A DNA stretch of 63,355 nt, the filler included, from Choristocarpus tenellus KU-1152 (taxonomy: Eukaryota > Protista > Phaeophyceae): NCBI GenBank assembly GCA_964200185.2. It is 12 parts of 12 records of this genome, joined end to end, with 100 filler letters (N's around TTAATTAATTAA, not from the genome) between each part and the next. Parts side by side here need not be neighbours in the genome. Positions count along the whole stretch, not along the records: positions 35,624 to 43,435 come from CAXNAD020005554.1; positions 43,536 to 52,283 come from CAXNAD020004374.1; 10 more parts are not named here. One strand, given 5' to 3'. Position numbers and translations under genes: made by a program. The notes under the pieces are model-generated. The model ran no database searches and had not been told where the DNA came from. It was given only the letters and a program-made list of their open reading frames with translations. The number at the start of each line of letters is the position of its first letter. Position 1 is the first letter of the stretch. This document shows positions 37,835 to 51,826 of the stretch, piece after piece.

Positions 37835-40800
37835 ATTTCAAATAAAATTCGAAGTCCAAAAAGCTCCTGGGATTTTCTATGTTCGTCTTGAATGCACACA
37901 AAAAAACTCAAAAGATCTACCCCGGAGCAGATTCAGGAACTGTCATGTCACTAACTGTCATGTCACTACCACCATTTCTCGATCACGGCTTTAATCATTG
38001 CAAGAAATTGGTCGAGGGAGCTGGGAGAGCCTATTGCGAGTTCATACTCAAGTATGCATGTGTGTGTACCTAGGTGCGTATGTCTTTGGTGCAGCTCTTC
38101 CCTCGGTTGTGCCAGTGCATTTTTGCTAATTGATCCGAAAAATAGCTAATATCCACGCAGAGTCAGCGTTTCATCCAACAACAAATCCACTGTTGATTCC
38201 CCCTCAAGTACACATGGTGATGGTATTCCTCCTGGACGCGCTCTCTACCAGGACTCTTTCCTTGAGTCATGGTCATTGACAAACACGCTCAGATACCCCC
38301 CCCACACATCCATGTTCTCTCATACCCAACTCAGATAGTTATACCTTGAAGAATTCCAAGAGGTCCGTTGCCTCCGCAGCACGTGCTCGTTGAACCTCCA
38401 TCCTACTCAGCCGGTCGCCTATTCGCACTGCCTTTTGAGCAACGTCTGTCAAGCGGTGGTCAACACCTTCCAACTTGGAGATAACCTTTGGGGGAGGGGA
38501 CGATCGAGAGGGGGTTCAAAAATAGATCATGTTGAGAATAGAGCGCAACCCGGCGAACGCATTGAATGTCGCTGCGTGTAAGAGCTGCATCAGTGCTCGG
38601 AGAGTTAGGGGAGGGGGCAAGGGAGTAGGCGGAAAGGATGCCTTCGATGCTACTCACAAGTATGTACCAACAAGATAAATAGAAACAATTAGTCACAATT
38701 AGTCCAGTGGGCTACTGACTTACTCGGAAGTTCTGGAATTCTGCCGAGCAAGAAATCGGAGGCTGTGTACTGCCAGCCAAAGAGAAACACTACCTAAGGC
38801 ACTGGTATAGATGTAGCTCACCACTACATGGAGATCAAATCAAGAACTTGGGGGAATGACGTGGGCATTGAAATAATGCATGACTTGTGCTTATACTGCA
38901 ACATGCACCTCTCTCTCTCTCTCCCTCCCTCTGTGTACCTCACACAATTACAACTACCACAAATTGCGAATACCTTCTAATGGGGTGCTTTTGACAACTC
39001 AGGGTATACCCCACTTTTCGAAATGTGCAATAGTTTGACAAGCTGGGCGAGAGCAGTTGGCACACTATAATCGAATAATTGTTCTTGGGTGGTAGAGGTC
39101 ACAGATGGGGTGGGCACACCTTCCCCAGACGAGTGGTGTGACTTGCCAGCCCCTGCCGGTATTGCTCCTCAATGGCGACCGTCTCCCCTGCCAAAGTCAG
39201 GCGATTCTCCTCCCCCTCTAAGCTCATGTCCTGGAAAGGTGCAGCACATCAAGCAGCAAGCAGGAAGGAACACAGACACACACGCTCAAGTAGAGATAGT
39301 AACTTGAGAACATCACTATTGTTACTACCATTAATAAGAGTATCCACAGGGAAAGGGGATGTTGCATGGAAAATACATCCCATTCCCTCACCATGACACA
39401 CTAAGCATAGCCCACTCCACTACACACAGCGCGAAAAAGGTTTTATTTACATGTACACCTACCACAGTATTTGCACTCCCCATTGACTCTTGTACAGGCT
39501 TAAAAATATAACCAAACAACAGCCCTGTCATGGAATTACCACAGGAAGGCGTTTGAGGCGGAGGGGTGCTCAAGCGGGGATCTCAACAATACACCTGTGT
39601 TGATGCCCAATTGATTCCAACAGCAAGCTCTACCATAGGGAATTCCTACCAAATGGTCAGGGCCGACAAAAGACGCCTGATGGATGAATGAGAAACCCTC
39701 TTGTGGACAGGACAATATATAGGAGGGTAAGAACATGGGGGTGCGACTCTTTGCTCAACCTCTGCCCACCCCTTGAAAATTTTGGCAGGTTTCCTCACAA
39801 AAAAATGTATATCATCTCTCAGCCACAGCCTGGTGGGTAGGCAAACTAGCAACTTTACAATGTTATTGATTGTAGAGTCCAGCTTTAGAGATTCATTATT
39901 ACTTATATGGTCAATGTGCAGGTCGGTGGACCCTCCAGAATAAGGATTGCATTGCAAAATCATCTAAGAGGAAGAAGAGGTCTTGCAGGATTCTGTTTGA
40001 AGAGGGGGTGTAAAAAGAAGCAACAGGTAGTTCTGTCCATCATGATGTTGTGGGAGTCTAGCACCATATCATCCCCTCTTTTTAACCTCCCAGTCTGGTT
40101 ACCTTGTTAGCAAGAGACTTCTACCTTGGTCTCACTCAACAAAATTGACTTGGATATCATCCTTCAAACCTCCCGCAGTATGATACAGTAGTATCCAAAT
40201 GCTTTTTGTGCATCAAGTTGTAGCGGAACAGGCTGAATGACAGAAAACATAACAAATTCAAGAGTCTTGGCACAAAAGGCTCATCCATCATGGACTAAGG
40301 AGGGGGCGAACAGAGGCCAAAACTTCACCATGCCGGTGAGAGCCTTTCTGTCCATCTACTAGGTACACCCTCTAGGGAAAGTGTAGACTACACAACAGTT
40401 AACAGAAGAAACACCACTGCTGCAAGGAGGAAAGTTGCCACAACTGAGCTGTTCCATTGACAATAAAACAGAGTTATGAACAAGGGCAAGTTCAATATGC
40501 TGAGCCATTCAGCAGCAACACAGAGAAGATCGCAACTCTGTGAAAACATTCAAAAGTGCAAAAGGACAAAGATGTTTGAATATGCGGAGGTGGGGCAGCA
40601 TGGGAGCAAAGTCCTGGGTGCATGGGTGTCAAACTTGGCAAGCTTTGAGAGGCCTTTAGGGGGATCTGGAAAAAAGAGTAACCTAGGTCGCTGTCGCAGT
40701 GTGTGTGGCTGATTGGTAGTCGGACAAATGGTTTCTCATGGTAGAAAGCAAAAAAATATCGGGGACCTGTTCGACCTTCTTTAGGCCCCCACGTTTTCAA

Positions 40801-42528
40801 TGACAAGGGTAAGCAGGCTATGCTGAGATCAAAACACCATGGATGCAAGAATCCAGGCACAGATAACTCAAGGACTTCTCTCCAGTTCGAATACCAGGGA
40901 AAAGGGTTGCCGAGAAGTGGCCCTTGCTTTGCTTGAATGGGAACAGTAATGACTGCGCATGGTATCAGGAAACTTCCTCTCCCCAACTTGCCCTGGCAAG
41001 CCTCGTTTTCCACATCATCTTATATTTCCAAAAATATCATTCTATCTTATAATGTTTAACAGAGGAGGTATGTCCTGGGATATCCTTCTCCTCAGGCACA
41101 TGCTCTTACATACCTATTGGTTGATGTTACTCCCATACCCCACCCCCACCTCCACCTTCCTGCATCGCCTTGGAAATATCTTCCAGCATATGGTACGACA
41201 GGCCCAGCCTTGTGCATACAATCAATATCCTCATCACTCTTTACCCATGCAATGCCACCATACTTCAATCTACTACTATATACTACTAAAGGTAGGACTA
41301 GAAACAATGGTGGAGAGTGGATACGAGAGGGTGCGCCCAAAACGAATTCTAGTAGAAAGACATCATGCCTGACTTACAGGGTTGAACAGCCTAAGAGAGG
41401 AAAAGTATACAAACCATCGCTAACATGGGAGGGGTGAGTGTGGCGTGGGTGACGAGTGTTCAGGTTGTGAACACTTGCCATCAAATCTGCGATGGAAGAC
41501 TTGGAAACAGTCCTACCGCGTACAGAATTGAGCAGAAGCAACTGGCAGAAACAATTAATCAGCCAGCTGCCATGGCAGCAAATGACACGTGGCAGGGGTA
41601 GCGCCAGATCTATAGCATTCTGAGTAGATGAGTAGATGAAGGTCATGGTACTGACACTGCTAAAACATGATTGGAACTCACCTGTAGCATTTTGATAGAG
41701 GTGGTGAAGAGTTTCTTGAGAGCATGAGGGTCCAGCGCCACTACTCCTCCCCCTGCGTCCGCGATATATGGTGATGTCAATATTTCCACCAGCTTGGCGC
41801 GGTCGAAACTGCTCGGGTCGCTTTCCTGTCTCACAAAAAGCAGTATGCCGCGAGTGGAACGCCTTGTGTTATTTGACAAGGAGACAAATGTTACGAGCAA
41901 TCGTAGCGTCATACGATAAGAGGTAACTGAAGAAAGCCTGTCACTCCCGGTCACACTGGCCATAATAGCCTGATCATATGTTTTATCTGGGGGAAACTAA
42001 AGCAATCTAAGGTAATTAGATTTGGTTATTACCTGGATCATAGCTTGGAATTCGCTGTCCATAACAAGCCTCTTAGCCTCCTTATCAATCCCCTCCTCTT
42101 CATCCTAGGGATGGAGTATGGGACAGGAAAGGCTGTGACTGTAGGCTTGACGGCAACACTTGGTAGATGAGTTTAAGTCATGACAGATCACCTACATCAC
42201 AAGTTGTTCTCGACAACGAATGAGAATATTGAGCTCCCAAGAACGTAGTGCTCAACACAGTGGATAACGGCAATCAACCCCACAGTTTGCAATGTGGGTT
42301 ATGTCAACCGGTCTTCAGACCTCAAACCTCTTCGTTCATTCCCTCTGGGATGGAAATTCCTTGTAGTGATTGCCTTGGGTTTGGTTTTCGGCGAGGGTTC
42401 TTGAGGGATCCCATTGTGGGTTTGGGCTTGCTTGACCCCCATGACTGTCGTGGGGGAGGACTTCCCGACTTGTTTTCTTTCGGGTACCCTCCCAACCGGG
42501 GAGGTGGAGAACCCTGTCGTCTATTCAT
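36526..42528 (-). CDS. SEC10: Exocyst complex component Sec10/EXOC5, 5' part (7 exons; 3' part off-contig)
   Basis: All phase-0 exons: 42528-42328, 42104-42033, 41825-41682 (..FDRAKLVEIL..LDPHALKKLF), 39230-39120, 38485-38345 (LEGVDHRLTDVAQKAVRIGDRLSRMEVQRARAAEATDLLEFFK), 37389-37276 (..PPVFSDEDRRAEAAR), 36600-36526 (ILAKLKSITHELDCPELDKAVKNMQ). The pattern matches the Sec10 N-terminal IGDxL..QR..A..L..F and FSD..R.AEAA motifs. Confidence 0.88.
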
Positions 42529-42753
42529 TTTTAAAGTTTGAGAATGGAACGATCATGGTGGATAGGAACTAAGGTGGTCTTTCTTGCGCGCGGAACACGA
42601 TATATATCACACACACAAAGCAATTGATTAGGGTACGACCTCCAAGCGTTATGAATGTGTGATGAGGTGACCAGTAAGACACTGACCGAGGCAGAGAGGG
42701 GAGAGTATCTCCTCCACGAAGCTGGTGGGTGACCGTGGATTTCAATCTGGTAG

Positions 42754-43435
42754 GCTGTGAGTATGTCTATTCAGCTTGACGGGAAGATCACCTACCCAGA
42801 GGAGACGGAAGGTCACCTGAACGGCAATCCCACCGCCATAACATGGGAAGGCTTGTGGCACTACTCCCAGAAACAATCCACATGTGGCTTTAAGTATGTG
42901 TTCCTTGGGATGGAAGACTCTGGATGCTCGCAAGACGGTGAGAAGAACGAAGTGGGAAGTCCGGGGTTGGAGGGGGGGAGTGGGGTGAACAACTCCAAGG
43001 AAAAGGATTCAAAAGGTGCCGGTGTAGTGGGTGGGGTGGATTGTCCCCTCGCTGTTGACACGTCACGGTCTGCCTTACCAATAGCTGAACTGCTTAAGCT
43101 CTACGGTCCAAGTGGTGATGGGCGGCTGCCTTCTGGTCGATGGGCTGGCGAGTTTGTCGTGAAGGGCAAAGGACGCGAAATGACGGTACAGGAGGAATTC
43201 CATCTCGATTTCGGCACAGGGAGATCACCAAGGACAAGCACACAGCCACAAGGGCAATCGGGAGGGCAAAAGGATGTTGAACCCCGAGGGACCGGTGAAC
43301 AAGGTGGTACTGACGGAGGCGAGGGAACGGGAGTTGGGACGGGAAACACTACAGGGGCACAAGGTGTTGGAACAGATTCAGGCTCGGGGGTGCACAGGGA
43401 GAGCAGTGGAAGCAAAAATTCAAATGAATCCATCC
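42754..43435 (+). CDS. Uncharacterised protein, large 5' exon truncated by contig end, head-to-head with SEC10
   Basis: An open frame of more than 225 codons in CpG-rich DNA, with ordered segments (ITWEGLWHYS..FKYVF, LPSGRWAGEFVV..VQEEFHLDF) separated by G/S-rich linkers. The start is either ATG 42763 or a short upstream exon splicing at AG 42752-42753. Confidence 0.7.
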
Positions 43436-44881
43436 NNNNNNNNNNNNNNNNNNNNNNNNNNNNNNNNNNNNNNNNNNNNTTAATTAATTAANNNNNNNNN
43501 NNNNNNNNNNNNNNNNNNNNNNNNNNNNNNNNNNNGGGGGGGGGAAAGGTCTTCACCTAAGATTGTTCTTCGTAGTGTGTTGTTCTTGAGTAACGATAGG
43601 AGTTGATGTTTTTGTGTTGAACAAGGTTCGATTGTGGTTTCATAAATGTATGATTGGCATTTGAAGGGGTAAAAGAGGTGTCTTTCCTTTTGGTGTAGGG
43701 TGGATAGAGATCCGCTCTCTCTGGAATCCGAATGATCTTTTTCTTGATGAATCGGAGTGGATCGTATATTTTTTTATTGGTACCCGGGGTTGGATTTTGT
43801 GGAGAATGACAATAATATGTTCAAGTTTACTTTTTTTTTACAATTGTGACGGAAGGCGTTTGCGAAATAGAATTATATAGTATAAGTCCAATAACAACAA
43901 CAACAAAGGGATCAATGTCCTTCATTCGATCTCGGCACTTTATCCATGGATGAAATCGGTGTGTCTTGGAAGGTTCTGAAGTGTGAGTATGAAGTGTGAA
44001 ATGAAACACGTCACTCACAGTGTCTTCACCGGTGAACAATAAATGCTCTCATCTTGATTTGATCCGAGCTATATATTGTATTCCTCACTCTGTAGTGTAC
44101 TGCTATGAATTGGCTCGGCCCTTGGTTGCTGCTACATGGGACAGGAAGTAACAAAATGAGCAAGATGTATAGCGTATATCTCTGCGAGCTAAATGCTCGT
44201 GCGTTTGTGGTGGTGTATTGAACAGCAGATAGGTAATGGCTGATGATGCAAAAACAGTGAGGTGTTAAAGGTCTTTGTGAGTCTTGGAGTTGGTCATGAG
44301 TTTACATGGTGATTTGTAAGATCAGTGGGATGCCAGCCGTCCTTTTTGGAGTGTTTGTTGCAAATTGAAAGGAACCGTTTTATCCTAGGACTGGGGTGGT
44401 GGTTATTTTTGTGTCTGTAGAGAGTGAAGTTATGAGTACAAAAATTATGAGTGTGTTTGCTTTCTTATTTTTTGATGTGGGTGTATTGTATTGATGCAGG
44501 GGGGAAGATAACTGAGGGTTTGGGTAGTTTATGTATAGTGTGGACATTTATTTTTGAGCAATGGATGCATCGACTTGTCCCTTTTTTTAGGGAAATCCTG
44601 GATGTTGGGTCAGTATTCGGGGTCAAATGCTGAAATTTTGGATGCAAATAGCTGAATTGAACTGAACCTCTGGTAGTCTTTTGGAGTTGGTGTGATTGTA
44701 AGGAAGGTTTTCTGGCAAACATTATTTGTCCTTAATGCTGTTGAATTGTGAAGAGTGAGGTTATCGTGTTTCATCTGCTTGTTTATAGACAAACTCTATT
44801 TTAATTGACAGTTTAAGGACTATTGATTGAAATAGGTATCCCTTGAAAAAGATAATTACTAGGCGGCATGTCCTTTGGTAG

Positions 44882-44967
44882 CTCTGTGATGATATGTCTT
44901 GAGGCTGGAGCCACTATCTGATACGCCCATCTTTGAGGAAAATCCTTTTTGAAGAGGTAATATTGAC
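44882..44967 (+). ncRNA. Box C/D snoRNA paralog 0 with diverged guide
   Basis: GTGATGA (C), GGCTGGAGCCACTA-T-CTGA (D'), TTGAGGA (C'), TTGA (weak D). It aligns with the downstream snR77-like copies. Confidence 0.5.
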
Positions 44968-45334
44968 AAATAATATAAAACAACCTGCATAAATATATAA
45001 ATATTTTGGCATCGGTGAGATGAACCTGAGTTTTTTTTATTTATTATTGCTTTTTTAATTTTTTATAAAATATACATACATACACATAAATCTAAATATT
45101 TCAAATTTGTCATTTTTTGGAGTCAGTTCGATGATTGTTCCGATTTTTTATTGGGGTCAGTCTAAAGATGTAGAGTTGTGGTATAATTGGATGTCTGTAC
45201 TCCATAGAGTAGCCTTGAGTTGGCAAGGCCCGAATGGTGAAGTTAACGAGAGCAGTTATCCTCGTATTAGAGGGAGTAACTGAGGTAGATAGAAAAGTCC
45301 AGGTGGATTTCTTTGTCTTTCTGTAGAGTGCATG

Positions 45335-45426
45335 CTCTGTTGATGAAAAGCTTCAAGACTGGAATTACCGTTTGAGATGTCTTTTTTTCGTTGAAGACAA
45401 ACTTCGAAGCGGCTGATACTGAAAAG
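45335..45426 (+). ncRNA. Box C/D snoRNA, snR77/SNORD65-like, copy 1
   Basis: TGATGA, guide CTGGAATTACCG, D' TTGA, D CTGA. Confidence 0.7.
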
Positions 45427-45662
45427 TATCATTTTAGACAGTGACAGAATGCGACTCGAATTGGAGGTCTTTGAAAGGCATCTTTAAAGGTCGTAGTTAG
45501 GATTAGGGTTAGAGTCAGGGTTAGCATGTGCTGACTATTGATATATTTTATTTATGTTACTAGTATGATTGCACAGAACAGTAAGGGTTAGGGTTTGGTA
45601 TGCTTACTACGTGTATCTATAGTACTGTGATTGGGTTTGCTGAGTAGTTTGGTATGGTGGTT

Positions 45663-45750
45663 CTTCTATGATGAACTGCTTTGAGACTGGAATTACCGTC
45701 TGAGATGTAAAATCTTTGAGGACAACTTCAAAGCAGCTGATACTGAGAAG
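45663..45750 (+). ncRNA. Box C/D snoRNA, snR77/SNORD65-like, copy 2
   Basis: Terminal stem CTTCT/AGAAG, C box ATGATGA, guide CTGGAATTACCG antisense to 18S CGGUAAUUCCAG, D' CTGA, C' TTGAGGA, D CTGA. Confidence 0.85.
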
Positions 45751-45880
45751 ATAGTGGTGTGCAAGCTAACTGGACTGATTTTCTTAGGTATTGGTTTTAT
45801 AGCAGTAGAATTTTGTGAGGTGCGGAATGAGTACAGTAACAAGGGTTAGGGTTGTAGTTATTACCTCGAGGATGATGGTT

Positions 45881-45969
45881 CTTCTGTGATGAATTGCTTT
45901 AAGACTGGAATTACCGTCTGAGATGTAAAATCTCTGAGGATAAACATTGAAGCGACTTGTTCTGAGAAG
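45881..45969 (+). ncRNA. Box C/D snoRNA, snR77/SNORD65-like, copy 3
   Basis: CTTCT-GTGATGA, CTGGAATTACCG-T-CTGA, CTGAGGA, CTGA-GAAG. Confidence 0.85.
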
Positions 45970-46090
45970 GTGGAGATGGATACATGAAATGAGCTGATTT
46001 CATGTTTTATGTTTTTTTTTTAGGAGGAATTTTCTGAAGTGTGGGATGGGGGAAGTGATTAAAGGGTTGTAGAGAGTGGTTTTAGTTTGA

Positions 46091-46154
46091 TGGAATTACC
46101 GTCTGAGATGTAAAATCTTTGAGGATAAACATTGAAGTGACTAGTTCTGAGAAG
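46091..46154 (+). ncRNA. 5'-truncated snoRNA copy 4 (no C box, probable pseudo-copy)
   Basis: It starts at TGGAATTACCGTCTGA and retains the C' and D boxes. Confidence 0.6.
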
Positions 46155-46279
46155 GTAAAGATGTTTGAATGAAATGGATTGATTTCCCAATTATTGATTA
46201 GGATTCGTAGAATTAAATTAATCAAGGGTTAGGGTTAAGTGATAAAGGAGTTGTAGTAGGCAGTTGCAGTATTGTTATA

Positions 46280-46368
46280 CTTCTATGATGAATTGCTTTA
46301 AGACTGGAATTACCGTCTGAGATGTAAAATCTTTGAGGATAAACATTGAAGCGACTTGTTCTGAGAAG
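46280..46368 (+). ncRNA. Box C/D snoRNA, snR77/SNORD65-like, copy 5
   Basis: All boxes, the guide and the terminal stem are intact. Confidence 0.85.
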
Positions 46369-46492
46369 GTAAAGATGTTTGCCAGTAATGGACTGATGTC
46401 CTTGTGTATTTTTTTTGTGGTCAGAATTTTGTTAATCAAAAAATGGGTTAGGTGATAAAGGAGTTGTAGTAAGCAGTTGCAGTATTGTTATA

Positions 46493-46934
46493 CTTCTGTG
46501 ATGAATTGCTTTAAGACTGGAATTACCGTCTGAGATGTAAAATCTTTTGAGGATAAACATTGAAGCGACTTGTTCAGAGATGTAAAGTCTTTGAGGATAA
46601 ACATTGAAGCAACTTGTTCAGAGATGTAAAGTCTTTGAGGATAAACATTGAAGCGACTTGTTCTGATATGTAAAGTCTTTGAGGATAAACATTGAAGCAA
46701 CTTGTTCAGAGATGTAAAGTCTTTGAGGATAAACATTGAAGCAACTTGTTCAGAGATGTAAAGTCTTTGAGGATAAACATTGAAGCGACTTGTTCTAATA
46801 TGTAAAGTCTTTGAGGATAAACATTGAAGCAACTTGTTCAGAGATGTAAAGTCTTTGAGGATAAACATTGAAGTGACTTGTTCTGATATGTAAAGTCTTT
46901 GAGGATAAACATTGAAGAGACATGTTCTGAGAAG
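46493..46934 (+). ncRNA. snoRNA copy 6 with 3' half amplified as 9 x 44-bp tandem units
   Basis: C box and guide at 46498-46533. Units start at 46534, 46579, 46623, 46667, 46711, 46755, 46799, 46843 and 46887, and the copy ends in CTGAGAAG. Confidence 0.7.
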
Positions 46935-47052
46935 GAAAACAAACGATATTCGCTGAACTCTTTATTTAGCTTCAAAACCCAATTTTTATCTAGTAGCTAG
47001 CAGTGCATATCTGTTGAAGTGGGAAATGAGGTAACGAGAAGATTTAGTACCG

Positions 47053-47140
47053 TTTCTGTTATACATTGCTTCAACACTGGAATTACCGTCTGAGACGATA
47101 TATATGAGGACGAGACTAGAATTGGTTGTATACTGAGGAG
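47053..47140 (+). ncRNA. snoRNA copy 7, C box decayed but guide intact
   Basis: CTGGAATTACCGTCTGA, ATGAGGA and CTGA-GGAG are present; the C box reads GTTATAC. Confidence 0.55.
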
Positions 47141-47739
47141 CAACACTTTGTACATAGGAGATCTATTGCATGACTGGTTGCTGCTGTGAGTGTACTGTAG
47201 ATAGAGCTCATGAAATGGTTACTTTTGTTCCTTGTTTATTTGTGATAAAGGTTTTGCTTGATCACGTTCATGTGTAGTACCTTTTTCTTCTGTTTAAAGA
47301 GGATGAACAAGTAGAAAGAAAGTAACAGATCCTTCACTGAGTTGTTTGTGCAATGGGTGTCATTTTTTTGTTGTTGTGCACTGTACATAAATTTTTCACC
47401 AATCAGGTACCCCAAATTTGGGCTACTCGGTGTATTGTTGGTGAGGTTCTAACACCAGCATGACTTACGTATATACCAATCATTATTATGTCTATACCGT
47501 TACCGGCTCTTTCTGTAGTTGTAGCGCTATACCCTTCCAGACGTCGTTGGTGGATAGCTTTCGTGTCCTCGGAAGGTCGGTGTGGGGTACGATTGGAGTG
47601 CATCTCATTCACCGTTTACTTTGTTTATCTGATGAATGATGTGGTTGCTCTTGCTGGGGTCTTTTAAGGTAAAATGACACAACCCAAATGATTTTATTCT
47701 TCTTTATTTGTTCTTAATTTCTTGATGGAATTATTGCAG

Positions 47740-51436
<3,697 letters not shown>

Positions 51437-51664
51437 GTGAGTTGTCTACGTGCTGTTGACGTGTTCGGTGGGGGGGGCGGGGGGGGGAGAAGGAATGAAT
51501 ATTGTGGTTACCTTGGTTGAGTAGAAGGAAAACATGAGGCCGTTCAGGTTCTGGTTGATACGACTTTTGAATTTTGTGTGGTTTGAAATTGGATGGGGTT
51601 TCTATGGATGAATTGATGTTTTTTTGAGATAAGAGTGGTTTCGATATTGGTTAAAGGTCCTCCT

Positions 51665-51826
51665 GAATCAAAGTATCTGGATGGGAGGTGAGGGGGGGGG
51701 GAAGATATCTACTCAAGGTTTACATGGTTGCATGCATTGGATTGATTGTGAACGGGTACTTCATGTACAAGAGTCCAAATGCACATCCTGGTGTAGACCC
51801 CTTTCCCCCCCAGGATAGTTTGAGCC
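51665..51826. mobile_element. Diverged MITE family A-like copy
   Basis: GAATCAAAGTATCTGG at the left and CCTGGTGTAGACCCCTTTCCCCCCCAGGATAGTTTGAGCC at the right. Confidence 0.6.

Noticed and set aside
39550-41600. LINE reverse transcriptase relic in a SEC10 intron (minus-strand QLDAQKAF, LRDDIHF)
   Set aside because: Two short motifs without the QG..LSP block; too decayed to call.
43709-43763. Hairpin GATCCGCTC..GAGTGGATC as an H/ACA RNA
   Set aside because: No convincing H box, second hairpin or ACA tail.
45230-45285. Possible snR38-like snoRNA (CAGTTATCC antisense to LSU GGAUAACUG)
   Set aside because: Only a 9-nt match, not followed by a D/D' box, and the C box is poor.
46488-46868. 126-aa repetitive minus-strand ORF (MFILKDFTS..)
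   Set aside because: It is an antisense read-through of the 44-bp units; the period is not a multiple of three.
45335-47140. CRISPR-like repeat-spacer array
   Set aside because: The context is eukaryotic, there are no cas genes, and the spacers are related to each other and irregular. The repeats are explained as C/D snoRNAs.
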